The notes under the pieces: model-generated
Seen by the model: only the letters and a program-made list of their open reading frames with translations
Databases searched by the model: none
Told to the model about the DNA's origin: nothing
Origin: Rebecca billardiae RCC1528
Taxonomy: Eukaryota > Protista > Haptophyta
Assembly (NCBI GenBank): GCA_965240325.2
Contig: OZ251250.1
Coordinates: 806,001 to 870,000 of the forward strand
DNA: 64,000 nucleotides
Direction: 5' to 3'
Part shown: positions 1 through 11,063 of the stretch, piece after piece
Layout: each line of letters starts with the position of its first letter
Numbering within the stretch: position 1 is the first letter of the stretch
Program-made: the position numbers and the translations under genes

Positions 1-1
1 G

Positions 2-1584
2 GCTGCCGCCGCCGTTCGGCTCGTGCTGCTGCCCCGATGCGGCGGCGCTGAGCTCGCCCTCGAGCTGCGCGGTCAGCGCGTCGAGCTGGGAGAGCATCTG
101 CAGCTCCTGCGCTCGCTCGCTCAAGTCGGAGCCCCCAGGCCCCGCACCGCCGCCGGCCAGGCCCAATGCGCCGCCTCCGCCTCCGGCAGCCATCCTTCCG
201 CCAAAGCTGATCAGCCCGCTGCCACCGCCGCCGCCGCCGCCATACGCGCCGAGCTCGGGCGTGCTGGGCGAGGCGCGGAGCCCGCCCAGCGGCGGCAGCG
301 GCGGGATGAGCGAGTTGCCGCGCGAGCGGGAGCAAGCGCCGCCGCCGCCGCCGCCGCCTGCACCGCCATTGGGGCTGGCGGCGGCGCCGCCGCCGCCGCC
401 GTCCGTGCCGCCGCCGCCGCCGGGCGTGCCGGCTGCGGCGGTGGCTGCGGCGGCGGCGACGGCGCTCCCGGCGGCGACGCCGCACGGCGCGCACGGCGCG
501 CTCGGCGAGCGCAGCATCGCCATGCGCCGCAGCTGGTCTCGGCGCACGCGCCTCGCGGGCTGTGGCGCGCCAGCCAACTCTCGGCTGTCGCGCCCGCCGC
601 CGCCCGCGCCGCCGCCGCCCCCGCTGCTGCCCGGCGGAGGCGGCGGCGGCGCGCTGAGCGGCGGCGGCGTCGTGAGCCGCGGCGGCGGCGGCGGTGCCTC
701 CGCCGGCGGGCGCGCCGCCGGCGGCGGCGAAGGCGGGCGCCCCGGCACGGCCGGCGGGAAGTTGTGCGCGTACGGCGGCGTCGCCGCGCCAGCGCCGCCC
801 CTGCCCGCGCCGCCGCACGCCGTGCCGCCCAGCCCGCGCAACAGCCAGTGCAGCGCAGAAGTGGGCACGGAGGAGGCCCCGAGCGGCTCGGCCTCGCCGC
901 GCTGCCGCTGCTCGGGCGGCGGGTCGTGGGCGGGCTGCGCGGGACTCGCGCCGCGGCGGGAGCCGAGCGCGTCCGCCCTGAGCGGAGGCGGCGTGCCCAG
1001 CGCCGCCGAGGAGCGCGCGCCGTAAGCGTCCGCGCGCGGCGGCAGCGGCGGCGGCGGCCGCACGCGCTCGGGCTGCTGCTGCCCGCCGCCGAGCAGGAAA
1101 GAGCCGCTGTGGCTGCTGTCGGCACCCGGCCCGCCGCCGCCGCCGCGAGGGCGGCCGGCTGGCCCCGCCCCGACGGGCTGCAGCTCGTCGAAGCCGCGAC
1201 CCTCCTCCTCCGCCCTCGGCCGATAAAACCAAATGATGGCCGGGTTGTGGTGGTATATGTATCTCCCGAGGATCTCGCCGAGCAGCGGGAGCACCTTCGG
1301 GCGCTTGGTGGCGCGCAGCTCCTCGCGCAGCGCCTCGCGCACCGCGAGCGGGCGGTACCCGATCGGCAGCCACGAGCGCGAGTGCTGGCAGTGCACCGAC
1401 GCCCACAGCCGTGCCCACGCGCGCCCCTCGCGCGTGCCGAGCGTGCGCACACACGTGAGCAGCACCATCAGCCCGAGCACGGCGCCAAACACGCCGCCCA
1501 GAAGCGCTCCGTCGATGGGTGTGAGCGACGTCGCGGCGGGCACCGCGGACGTGTCGGACGAGTCGGACGCGCCGCCGCCGCCAC

Positions 1585-1623
<39 letters not shown>

Positions 1624-2328
1624 CGCCGTCGCCGCCGCCGCCGCCGAGCGGCTGCGGCGAGGGCGGCGGCGCGGGCGGCGCGGGCGGCGTCGACGGCGGC
1701 GAGGGCGGCGCGGGCGGCGCGGGCGGCGGGCTCGGCGGGCTCGGCGGCGGGCTCGGCGGCGCGGGCGGCGGGCTCGGCGGCACGTAGAAGACGGGCGAGG
1801 CGGCAAGCGGCGCGCCGAGCGCAACGGCAAGCGTCCCGGACGTGGCGCTCCGGAGGCGCTCGCCCGCAGGCGGGCGAGGCGGCGCGCGCGAGTCGGGCAC
1901 CTCCCGCACGAGTGTGAGCACGTTGAGCGACCCCTCGGTGGTCGAGACGATGATCACCGAGCCCGGCGGCAGCTCGAGCAGCGCCTCCAGTCCGGATGTG
2001 TACGCGGCCTGCGCGGTTTCGTCAAAGTCGTCCGGACTCATCTGCAGCGAGATGAGAACGAGCAGCTCGGAGGCGGGCGGCGGCGGGGGCGAGGGCGGCG
2101 CGCCGGGCGGCGGCGCGGGCGGCGGCGGGCGGCTCGGCGCGGGCGGCGGGCGCGGCGGCGCGCGAGGCGGCGGGCTCGGCGGCGGCGCGGGCGGCGGGCT
2201 CGGCGGCGGCCGCGGCGGCGGCGGCCGCGGCGGCGGCGCGCTCGGCGGCGGGCTCGGCAGCGGCGGCGGCGGGCTCGGCGGCGGGCTCGGCGGCGGGCTC
2301 GGCGGCGAGCGCGGCGGCGCGCTCGGTA

Positions 2329-2360
<32 letters not shown>

Positions 2361-4210
2361 GGCGGCGCACGCGGCGGCGGCGGCGGGGACAGCGGCGGCG
2401 GCGGGCGCGGCGGCGCGCCCGGCGGCGGCGCGCTCGGCGGCGCGCTCGGCGGCGGCGGCGGCGACAGCGTGCACTGCACGTCGTGGCACAGCTGGCACGC
2501 CACCCCGTTAGCCACCCAGGGCCGGCAGCACGCGCCGCACACCGTGCACGCGCCCGCGGGCTGGCAGACCAGCTCGGACGGCAGCGCGGGCGCGGGCGGC
2601 GGCGCGGGCGACGAGGGCGGCGCGGGCGGCGCGGGCGGGGGTGGCGAGGCCAGCTGCAGTGGCGGCGGCCGCGGCGGCGGCGGCGGCATCGGCGCGGCGC
2701 CGGCGGTGGGCAGTGGCGGCGGCAGCGGCGGCGGCAGCGGCGGCGGCAGCGGCGGCGGCGGCCGCGGCGCGCACTGCGCCGCGACGCACGCCTCGCAGTT
2801 CGGACCGTTTTGGATGTAGGTCTGGCAGCACGCGCCGCACGCCGTGCACTCAGCCGCGGGCTGACACACCTGCGACTCTGGGAGCGGCGGCGGGCTCGGC
2901 GGCGGCGGGCTCGGCGGCGGGCGCGAGGGCGGGGGCGGGGCGGGCGGGCTCGGCGGCGGGACAGGCGGCGGCGGGGGCACCGGCGGGGGCACCGGCGGCC
3001 ACGGCGGCGACGACGGGGGCGGGCTCGGCGGCGGGCTCGGCGGCGGCGCGCTCGGCGGCGCGCTCGGCGGCGCGCTCGGCGGCGCGCTTGGCGGCGCGCT
3101 CGGCGGCGGGCGTGGCGGTGGTGGCGGCGGCGGCGGCGGAGGCCGCAGCGGAGGCGGCGGCGGGCGCGGCGGCGAGCTTTGCGGCGGCGGCGGCGGAGGC
3201 CGCAGCGGAGGCGGCGGCGGGCGCGGCGGCGGGCTTTGCGGCGGCGGCGGCGGAGGCCGCAGCGGAGGCGGCGGCGGGCGCGGCGGCGGGCTTTGCGGCG
3301 GCGCCGGCGGAGCGGATGGCGGCGTCGTCGGCGGTGGCGGCAGTGGTGGCGGCATCGGCGGCGACGTTGGCGGCGGCGACGGCGGCGGGCTCGGCGGCGG
3401 CGTGCCCGGCGGCGGTGGCCACGACGGCGGCGGCCGCAGCGGCGGGCTCCGCGGTGGCACGCTCGGCGGCGCGCTCGGCGGCGCGCTCGGCGGCGCGCTC
3501 GGCGGCGCGCTCGGCGGCGCGCTCGGCGGCGGCAGCCTCGGCGGCGGATGCAAGGGCGGCATTGCCGGTGGCGGCGCGCTCGGCGGCTGCGCGGGCGGTA
3601 TTCTCGGCGGCGGCGACGGCGGCGGCGCGAGCGGCGGCAGCGACGGCGGCGGTCGAGCTGGCGGCGAGCTCGGCGGCGCCAGAGGCGGCGCAGAGGGCGG
3701 CAGCGGAATCGGGGGCGGGCTCGTGCCCAGCGGCGAGGGAGGCGGGACGGAACGCGGCGGCGGGCTCGGCGGCGGCGGGCTCGGCGGCGGCGGGCTCGGT
3801 GGCGCCGGGCTCGGCGACACCGCCGCCGTCGCAGCCTCTGCGGCCGCCAGCCGTCGGCGCCGCGCAGACGGCGCGGGGATGTGGACGGGCGGGCGGAGCC
3901 GACGCGCGCTGGCGGCCGCCGATTGATCGGCCACGCGCCAATCAATCGCACCCAGTCCGTCCCGATGCGACGGCACGGCCGGCACGCCGACCGCAAAACG
4001 CGCAGCCGTAACGGCACCGCCCTGGACAGCGCTGCCCGGTTGCCGGACCGCGCCCGCGGCCAGCAGAGCGTGCGGCTCCGGCGCGCCCACGCCCGCACGG
4101 CCGAGGCCGTGGGCGCACGGCTGCGCGCCGATGAGCACGCAGGCGGCGAGCAGGGGCAAGCCTCGCCGCCTCCGCCCCTCGCGCGGGCCCGCGCCCGCCG
4201 AGGGCGCCAT
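2..4210 (-). CDS. Large Pro/Ser-rich (extensin/mucin-like) type-I membrane protein; 3' end runs off the window
   Basis: ATG at 4210 with an in-frame stop upstream at 4364-4366. The frame appears open to the window edge, which explains its absence from the ORF track; its codon-aligned antisense ORFs 23..2329 and 2483..4369 are listed. Manual translation gives a hydrophobic signal (LPLLAACVLIGAQPCAHG), RRRRL, long SPPPP tracts, two 8-Cys modules, a globular segment (~1790-2070), a TM helix GALLGGVFGAVLGLMVLL (~1455-1510) and a cytoplasmic tail. Confidence 0.8.
3130..3302 (-). repeat. Three ~57-bp coding tandem repeats (PPPPPQSPPPRPPPPPLRP-like)
   Basis: ggcggcggaggccgcagcggaggcggcggcgggcgcggcggcg(a/g)gctttgc occurs three times at 57-bp spacing. 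Confidence 0.8.
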
Positions 4211-4578
4211 CTTCCACACAGCGGCTGGCCCAGCTGCCCACCGGCGGCGTTTTGCTGCGCCTTCCGCCGCCGGTGCCCATGCGATGCGTTGGAGAATGAC
4301 ACGGGTGCAAGGGCCCTTGATGGGTGGGCGCCGCGCCGCGCGAGGCGCTGCAGCCTTCAGCCATTATGAAAATCGTAGTACCAGAAGTAGTACAGCTAGT
4401 AGTACGACTTCTGGGCAGCGCGTACAGTACTCTGATCAGTTCCGTCAACCGAGCCTGAGATTACACGGCAGTCCGCTTGATGATGCCCAAAATCTCATCA
4501 ATCTGCTCTACGTCTTACTAGATAATGGTGCGGACTGCGGCGGATCGGCGCAGATTCTGAGCTCGCGATCCGCCAGCG

Positions 4579-5760
4579 ATGCGCGTCGGCCTGCTGGCGG
4601 TCGTCGCCGCGAGCGGCCTCCCGCCGCTTCGAGCCGCGCGCGCGCCCGCGGCGTCCCTGATCCCAACCGACTGCCCCGCGCCGTACCGCTTCATCGCGCA
4701 CGGGCACGACGGCCTTGGCAGCCAGCTGACGAAACTCTACTCGGCGCTGGCGGTGCACGGCGTGGACAGCCGGCTGTTCGACGTGCGCGCGTTCCTGCTC
4801 AAGCGGTTTGAGTTCGAGCACGTCGACGGTGCCGAGGCGGAGGCCGCGGCGACCTTCATGCGCGCCGTCGTCCGCCGCTTCGCCGCCGGCCTGCGCGTCG
4901 CCAACCTCAGCGCGCCCGCGGCGCTCGTCTCATATGCCGACGTGTCGCCGCGCGGCGCGTGCGCGCCGCCCAACGTGACGGTGGTGGTGGCGCACCAGCG
5001 GGAAGCGCTGCTGGGCTGCACGCGGGCGCAGTGGCGCGCGATGCGGCTCAACCGCCGCGCGTTCAGCCTCGCGCTGCGCGAGGAGCTCCCGCCCAGGCGC
5101 CTCCCGATCGACGCGACAGTCGTGCACGTTCGCCTCGGCGACGCGATGCTCTCACGGAAGGAGTGCGCGGCGGCGGAAGGCGCGGGTGCTGCCGCCGCCG
5201 ACGCCGCCGGGGCCGAGGATGTCGCCGGCGCGAGCGCACGCGCGCGCTGCCGCCGCGCGCGCGAGAACGCGGCGCACCTCTCGCTGCTGCCCGCGGTGCT
5301 CCGCGCCCTCGCGCGCCGCTCGGCGGGTCCCGTGTTTGTGCACTCAGACGACGCGGCCCTCGCCGCGCGCGAGCTGGGGGTGGAGCCTGCCACCGCGCCC
5401 TTCGACGCGGCCGCCCTACCGCCCGCCGGCGTGCAGGCGGCCGTGCCCGCCACACTCGCCGCGCCGGGCGCTCCGCTCGTCCTGCCCAGCTCGACCCCCG
5501 TCCTGAGAGCACTCGCAGACATGGCACACGCACGCGTCTTTGTGCCAGCGTTCAGCGCGCTCGGGCACGCCGCGCTGCTCGGGGGCGCGCAGGAGCTCGT
5601 GGTGACGCCGACGAAGGGCTGGGTGCGCGGCGGCTACTTCAGCGTGCGCCCGAGCGGCGCGCGGCTTCTCTCACGCGCTGCGCTCCTCGGCCAGCACGAA
5701 GGCAAAGCAGGGGCCACGACCGGAGCCGGCGGCGACGGTGGCAGCGGCGGAGGCTTGTAG
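4579..5760 (+). CDS. Putative fucosyltransferase-like glycosyltransferase (GT11/GT23-type motifs)
   Basis: N-terminal hydrophobic anchor. GHDGLGSQL (cf. GLGNQ), VVHVRLGD (cf. HVRRGD), FVHSDD and LADMAHARVFVPAFSALGHAA (cf. motif III) occur in the canonical order. Confidence 0.7.
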   Translation: MRVGLLAVVAASGLPPLRAARAPAASLIPTDCPAPYRFIAHGHDGLGSQLTKLYSALAVHGVDSRLFDVRAFLLKRFEFEHVDGAEAEAAATFMRAVVRRFAAGLRVANLSAPAALVSYADVSPRGACAPPNVTVVVAHQREALLGCTRAQWRAMRLNRRAFSLALREELPPRRLPIDATVVHVRLGDAMLSRKECAAAEGAGAAAADAAGAEDVAGASARARCRRARENAAHLSLLPAVLRALARRSAGPVFVHSDDAALAARELGVEPATAPFDAAALPPAGVQAAVPATLAAPGAPLVLPSSTPVLRALADMAHARVFVPAFSALGHAALLGGAQELVVTPTKGWVRGGYFSVRPSGARLLSRAALLGQHEGKAGATTGAGGDGGSGGGL

Positions 5761-6077
5761 CAGTAGCAAGCAGTTGATGCAGATGATGTCGTGACTATAC
5801 TACACCGCGCGTCATCACCGTGCGTCAGTCATCCGTGGCTCCGCGAAATGAGCAGCGCAGCATATATATATCGTCAGTATCGTCGGATCGGAGCGTGGGC
5901 GGCCGCCGCCATGCCCGTGGCCGCCGTGGGGGCGTGGCCCGCAGGTAATCGGCTCACTCAGACGGCTACGGTACACGGCCAGAGTATAGTCGTGAGTCGT
6001 ATCGTCAGCCGCCGGTCATGGCGCGCGTCTGCAGTGGGCCGGCCAGTCTGCGGATTACGCGCGCAGCCGGTCGTCAT

Positions 6078-9000
6078 TCACGGGGCCGGCGGGCCGGGGC
6101 CAGCAGTGGACGACGACGTCGTGAAGTCGTCGTCGTCGTCACCGCCGCCTCGTGAGCCGACTCGTGAGGAGCCGGAGGGGGGCGGGCCGCCGGCGGGTGC
6201 AGCGGGTGCCGCCGCAGCGGCGGCAGCGGCGGCGCTGCCGCTGGGCGGCGGCAGCGCGGCTGCGGCGGCGCGGCCGTCCTCGGCCTCGTCCCCCGACGCC
6301 TGCCCCCTCGCCGTGTCGGGCGTGCGCGCGGCCTCCGAGCCGGCGGCAGCCGCCGCGGCGACGGCGTGCGCGGCCGAGCCCGCCGCCGCCGCGCGCGACG
6401 CCGCATCCGTCCCGAGCAGCCGTCGGTAGGACGGCTGCCGCGGCGGCAGCGGCTGCTGCGCGGCGGCGGCGCGCACGGCTCCGAGCACCTCGCGCGTGAG
6501 GCGCTCCGGGTTGCGCCGCCACTCCTCGTGGCTCACGCGGACAACCCGCCAGCCAAGCAGCCTGAGCATGCGCGCCTTCCACTGCGACGCCCCGTTGAGT
6601 TGCCACGGCTGCTGCTGCGCGGTGCACCCCGCCCGCCGGCCCGCCGCCGCCGGACCGGACGGGTCCTGCAGCCAGTGGCTCCGCCCGTCCATCTCCACAG
6701 CGACGCGCGTGGCGGGGCAGGCAAGGTCGGGTGTCAGGAGCCCACCGCCAAGGGGCAGCTCAGCGACGTGCTCCCAGCCGCGCGCGTGCAGTGCGCGCGA
6801 GAGCGCGCGCTGCGCCTTTGAGACGCGCGGCGCGCGCGCGCCGTGCCGCCACGCGCCCGCCCCCGCCGGCAGCAGCCGGCGGCGGCGCGGTGCCCACGCC
6901 GGTCCCGCGGGCGCCGAGCGCTGGGGCGGCCGCGCGCCGCCGCCTTCCGTCTCCGCACCGCCACCGCCGCCGCCTTCGCCGCCGCCACCGCCGCCACCGT
7001 CGCCGCCGGGCGCGAAGCACTCCATGGCCTCGGCCGGCAGGGCGAGCGGCGTGTGCAGGCACAGCCGGTGCAGGTACGCGCTGAGGGCTGCCTGGCGCAG
7101 CGCGAGCTCCGCCGACACGTCCACTCCGCCGCCGCCGCCGCCGCCGGTGTCGCAAACGTCCGCACCCGGCACACGCGCGCCCGGCCGTGAGCGCGCGGCC
7201 GCGGGTGCGGGGCGCAGCGCGCGCACGCGGGCCCAAAGGTGGCGCGCGCCGCCGTTGTGCCGTGGGTCCATGCCGCCGGTGCGCAGGGCGAGGCCCCAGA
7301 GCGCCGCCGCGGCGGACGCGAGGTCGAACTCGCCCGCGCGCGCCTCCGCCTCCGCCGCCATCGCGCAGAAGAGGGCGGGCGCTGGCTGCGCCGCGCTCGC
7401 AAACGCCCACAAGACTCGGCCGACGTCGCGCGCGCTCAGCTCATGCGCGCGCGTGGCGAGTGCGCGCCCCAGCGCGCTGAAGAGCGCGGGCGGGACGACG
7501 CCCGCCTTGGCGAAGGCCCACGCCGCCGTCGCGAGCTCGTCCGGCCGCAGCGCGCGCAGCCCCGCGCCCGCGCGCTCCGGCGCCGAGCGCGCACGCGCCG
7601 CCGAGATTGGAATCTCGCCGCGCGCCTCCGCCGAGATTGCAATCTCGCCGCGCGCCTCATCAGCGCGTCGCGCGGCCGCGGCCGGGCTCGCGACAAGCTC
7701 GTCGGCGAGCGAGGCCGCGATCTCGCCGAAGAGGGCGGGCGCGCTCACGCGCGCGTGTGCGAACGCCCACGCGAGCCGCACGTTGTCCGACGGCGTGGCG
7801 CTCGGCGCGCGCGCGCGCGCCGCGCGCGCGAGCGCGCTGAATAGTCCCCGGGTGCGCGCGTCCGCGGGCGCGCACGCGCGCGCGAGCGCGAGCGCGCAGC
7901 CGACGTCCGCGAGTTGGCGCGGCGGGAGCCGCGTGACGTGCGCGTCGGCGGCGGCGCTGAGCGCGGCGAGCGCCGCGGCGGGCTCGGCGCGCGCCGCGGC
8001 GTCCGCGCCGCCGAGCGCCGCGCCGCGCGCCGGCGGCGCTGACGTCGTCCTCATCGCGGGTGGCTCGCGGCACGCGGCGGCGCGCGCCGAGCCCGCCGCG
8101 GCCTCGGCAGCCGGCTCCGCGCCGTGCTCGAGCCCTCCGAGCGCGCGCGGCAGCTCGACGCCGCCGAGCATCTCGTGCGCTCGGCGCGTCGCCGCCAGCC
8201 CCAGCGCCCGCATCAGCCCCGAGTCCGGGGCCGCGCCGGACAATTCGGCCGCGCGGCCGTGCGCCCAGAGCGCCCGTGCAAGCTCGGCCCGGGTCATGCG
8301 CGACGCGCAGTGCGCGCGCGAGCCCGAGCGGGCGAGGAGCTCGAAGAGGCGCGGGGCGGGCACGCCCGCCGTCGCGTACGCGTACGCCAGCGTCGCCTGC
8401 TGCCCGGGCGAGAGCGCGCCCGCCGCCGCCGCCGCCTCGGCGGCGGGCGCGAGCGCGCGCAGCGCGCTCGGACCACTTTGCGGCCGCGCGCACGCGAACG
8501 CCCACGCTGCGCCCACCAGATGGTGTGGCTTGTACGTGTGCGGCCGCGCGGCGGCGGCGGCGGCGAGGCCGTCGAAGAGCGCGGGCGCGGGCACGCCCAG
8601 CCGCGCGTACGCCCACGCCATGCTGCTCACGTCGCGGCCGTCCAGTGCGTCCGCCGACGGCGCGGCTGCGATGCTGGCCGCGCGCAGCACGGCGCGTGCG
8701 CACGCGGGCGTGGGCGCGGCGCGCGCGTACGCCCAGGCGAGCATGGCGAGGGCGGAGGGCGGGAACGCGCCCGACTCGATCAGCGGCAGCGACGCCTCGC
8801 CGATCAGCTCGAGCGCGCGCGAGCTCGCGAGCGCGCAGCCTCCGCCGGGGGGCGTGTCAGCAGCGCCTGATGGCTGCGCACTGCCGCCCTCGCCGCCGCC
8901 GCCGCCGCCCGTGCTGCCGACGCCGCCGCCGGCGCCGCCAGCGGGCAGCGGCGAGAGGAGGTCATCCGCCGCCATACCCACGTACGCGCCCTCCGCCTCG

Positions 9001-9557
9001 GAGCGCGCACGACTCGCCAGCGCACCCGGCGCCTCGCCGGCGGCACTCGAGCTGACGGCCGCGCGGGGAGAGTGCTTCGCGCCGCCGTCGGCGCCGAGCG
9101 CGCTGATGCGGCTGATGGCGTGCGCGGCCATGGCGAGGTCGCGAGGGCCGAGGCGCCGCTTCGACGCCGCGCTCCGGCCCTCGAGCGCGCGGCCGAGCGT
9201 CTCGAGCAGCTCACAGAGCCGCGGGTCTGCCAGTGCGCGCTGCTGCGTGTCCGCCGGCGCGCGCGCGAGCGAGGCCAGGGCGCCCGTGAGGTGGCGCGCG
9301 TGGCACGCGGCGCGCAGCTCGCTCCACGTGCCCAACGGATCGGCAGACTCGCGCATCGCGCGCGCGACCGCGGAGGGGTGCGGCATGTCGCCGCCGCCGC
9401 CGCGGCGCGCGCCAGCGGCAGAGTGGCGAGCAGCCGCGTCGCGCGCCAGGCCGCGCGCGCGCGGCGTGCGAGCGAGCGCGCGCGCGAGGCCTCGCGGGAG
9501 GGCGCGCGCCGGGGAGCTGCGCACCGCGGCGCCCAACGCGGACGCCGCGCGCAGCAT
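6078..9557 (-). CDS. RAP-domain helical-repeat (FASTK/OPR-like) organellar RNA-binding protein
   Basis: Repeated L...AWA(F/Y)A..G...P.LF helices. C-terminal RAP domain: LTPDLACPATRVAVEMDGRSHW...LNGASQWKARMLRLLGWRVVRVSHEEW. Start chosen at MLRAASALG (9557), which resembles a mitochondrial presequence. Confidence 0.85.
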   Translation of the reverse strand: MLRAASALGAAVRSSPARALPRGLARALARTPRARGLARDAAARHSAAGARRGGGGDMPHPSAVARAMRESADPLGTWSELRAACHARHLTGALASLARAPADTQQRALADPRLCELLETLGRALEGRSAASKRRLGPRDLAMAAHAISRISALGADGGAKHSPRAAVSSSAAGEAPGALASRARSEAEGAYVGMAADDLLSPLPAGGAGGGVGSTGGGGGGEGGSAQPSGAADTPPGGGCALASSRALELIGEASLPLIESGAFPPSALAMLAWAYARAAPTPACARAVLRAASIAAAPSADALDGRDVSSMAWAYARLGVPAPALFDGLAAAAAARPHTYKPHHLVGAAWAFACARPQSGPSALRALAPAAEAAAAAGALSPGQQATLAYAYATAGVPAPRLFELLARSGSRAHCASRMTRAELARALWAHGRAAELSGAAPDSGLMRALGLAATRRAHEMLGGVELPRALGGLEHGAEPAAEAAAGSARAAACREPPAMRTTSAPPARGAALGGADAAARAEPAAALAALSAAADAHVTRLPPRQLADVGCALALARACAPADARTRGLFSALARAARARAPSATPSDNVRLAWAFAHARVSAPALFGEIAASLADELVASPAAAARRADEARGEIAISAEARGEIPISAARARSAPERAGAGLRALRPDELATAAWAFAKAGVVPPALFSALGRALATRAHELSARDVGRVLWAFASAAQPAPALFCAMAAEAEARAGEFDLASAAAALWGLALRTGGMDPRHNGGARHLWARVRALRPAPAAARSRPGARVPGADVCDTGGGGGGGVDVSAELALRQAALSAYLHRLCLHTPLALPAEAMECFAPGGDGGGGGGGEGGGGGGAETEGGGARPPQRSAPAGPAWAPRRRRLLPAGAGAWRHGARAPRVSKAQRALSRALHARGWEHVAELPLGGGLLTPDLACPATRVAVEMDGRSHWLQDPSGPAAAGRRAGCTAQQQPWQLNGASQWKARMLRLLGWRVVRVSHEEWRRNPERLTREVLGAVRAAAAQQPLPPRQPSYRRLLGTDAASRAAAAGSAAHAVAAAAAAGSEAARTPDTARGQASGDEAEDGRAAAAALPPPSGSAAAAAAAAAPAAPAGGPPPSGSSRVGSRGGGDDDDDFTTSSSTAGPGPPAP

Positions 9558-11063
9558 CGCCGCCGCTGCTCGCGCGTGCGCGCCGCTCTCGGCGCCACGG
9601 CGCGCGCCAGCTGATGCGCGCCTGGCGGTCAGGCGGTGGGGCCAAGGCAAGGCTCCGCCAAGGGCGAACATCAAAAATAATGTCAATAATTGTCATCAAA
9701 ATCGCGCTGACGATGGCTGATCTTGTAATCAAGTGTCACATCAATACTTTGTAACATATACACCGTAGCTGTTACCCCCCTACTGCACCGTAAAGTACGG
9801 CGGTACGTACGTGTCACCCGACCTGCACTGCTGTCCGTGCTACGACGCGACAGTAAGTACAGTAGCGCTATAAATAAGACTGCTGATGTAAGCCATCGGC
9901 TACGCGACAGAAGTACTGAGTTTGACTAGTACAGCACGGCACGGTCTCAGCTACGGGCCGCGCGAGTACGGAGTAGGCGGGCCACCTAGTTTGCCGCCGC
10001 CGAGCCCGAGGCCCGAGCAGGCGTAGTGAGTACTGTCACAGACACAGAGTAGCGAATCGCGCCCGGCCCCGCGGCCCGCCGGACCGAACGACCGCGCGCG
10101 TGCGTATAAGTGCGTTCACTTGATGCATGAACTTTATTTATATCAACTTATCGATTGATGTGAAGCGCGCGGTTGGCCTGACTCGTGACTACTGACTGTG
10201 AGGTCTGAGAGTGTTAGTTAGTGTGTAGCCTGTCGTGACCGAGACCCGGCCCGTGACTCTGCCCGTTATATTATTGCAGCTGAGTAGCCTCCGGCAGCGC
10301 AGCACCCGGTCAGAACATATTGGCATCAGTCAATCATCACCTCGCAGAGTGGATATCCGGCGGCGGATGTGAATGTCCGAAGTGCGCGGCGCGATGATCA
10401 CTCTCCGACTCGGCGATGATATGCCGCCAGTATATCACTACTCAGACCGCACTCAGACAGTCGCGGACACGGTCCGACACGGGGCCGCGGCGCGTACCGC
10501 CTCTGCGCGGGAGCCTGGGCCCGCCCCGTGGGCCGGGCGGCGGCGCGCTCGGAGTCAGACGCGGGCCGAGTGAGTAACGCGGCCGCATCACGCGCATGCG
10601 GCGCCCGATCATGCGGGGGCCGCATGTCACTTGTCAGCGCCGGCCAATTCTCACACACGGGCCGAACGCTGATGACGGCCAACTCGGCCCGAAGCAGTCT
10701 GACTGCCGACTTGACGACTTCGCCCGGCGATTCGCGCACCGCCGGCGGGCGGCCCGCGGCGGACCTCCGACGGCCGGCGGGCCGGACCGCGCCGCACGCC
10801 GCCGCACCGGCGCACGGCCATGCAAGATGGCTGCTGCTAGATGATGCATTTCGTGGCGCGCGCCCGAGGCCAGCAGTCTCCGAGGAGCTCGCGAGCCCCT
10901 CAGAGCGAGCGCCCTTCATTCACTGCTGGCCGCCACGTGAGAGTCAGCATCGGCTACGGCATGCCTGCCGCGCACAGCCACTCAGCCGTACTAGGAGGGC
11001 GGTGGTAGGCTCACGAAGAGTCATGCAGTACTAGTAGGACTGGGTCGCATAGGCACGACCTTC

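Noticed and set aside
23-4369. Long plus-strand Arg/Gly/Ala-rich ORFs (also 6496..9720, 49673..53527 and others)
   Set aside because: These are antisense or shifted-frame shadows of real genes in DNA so GC-rich that stop codons are rare.
10660-10720. Hammerhead-like CTGATGA-GGCC/GGCC-GAAG
   Set aside because: GAAG replaces GAAA, the stem II closing pair is a mismatch, and there is no stem I.
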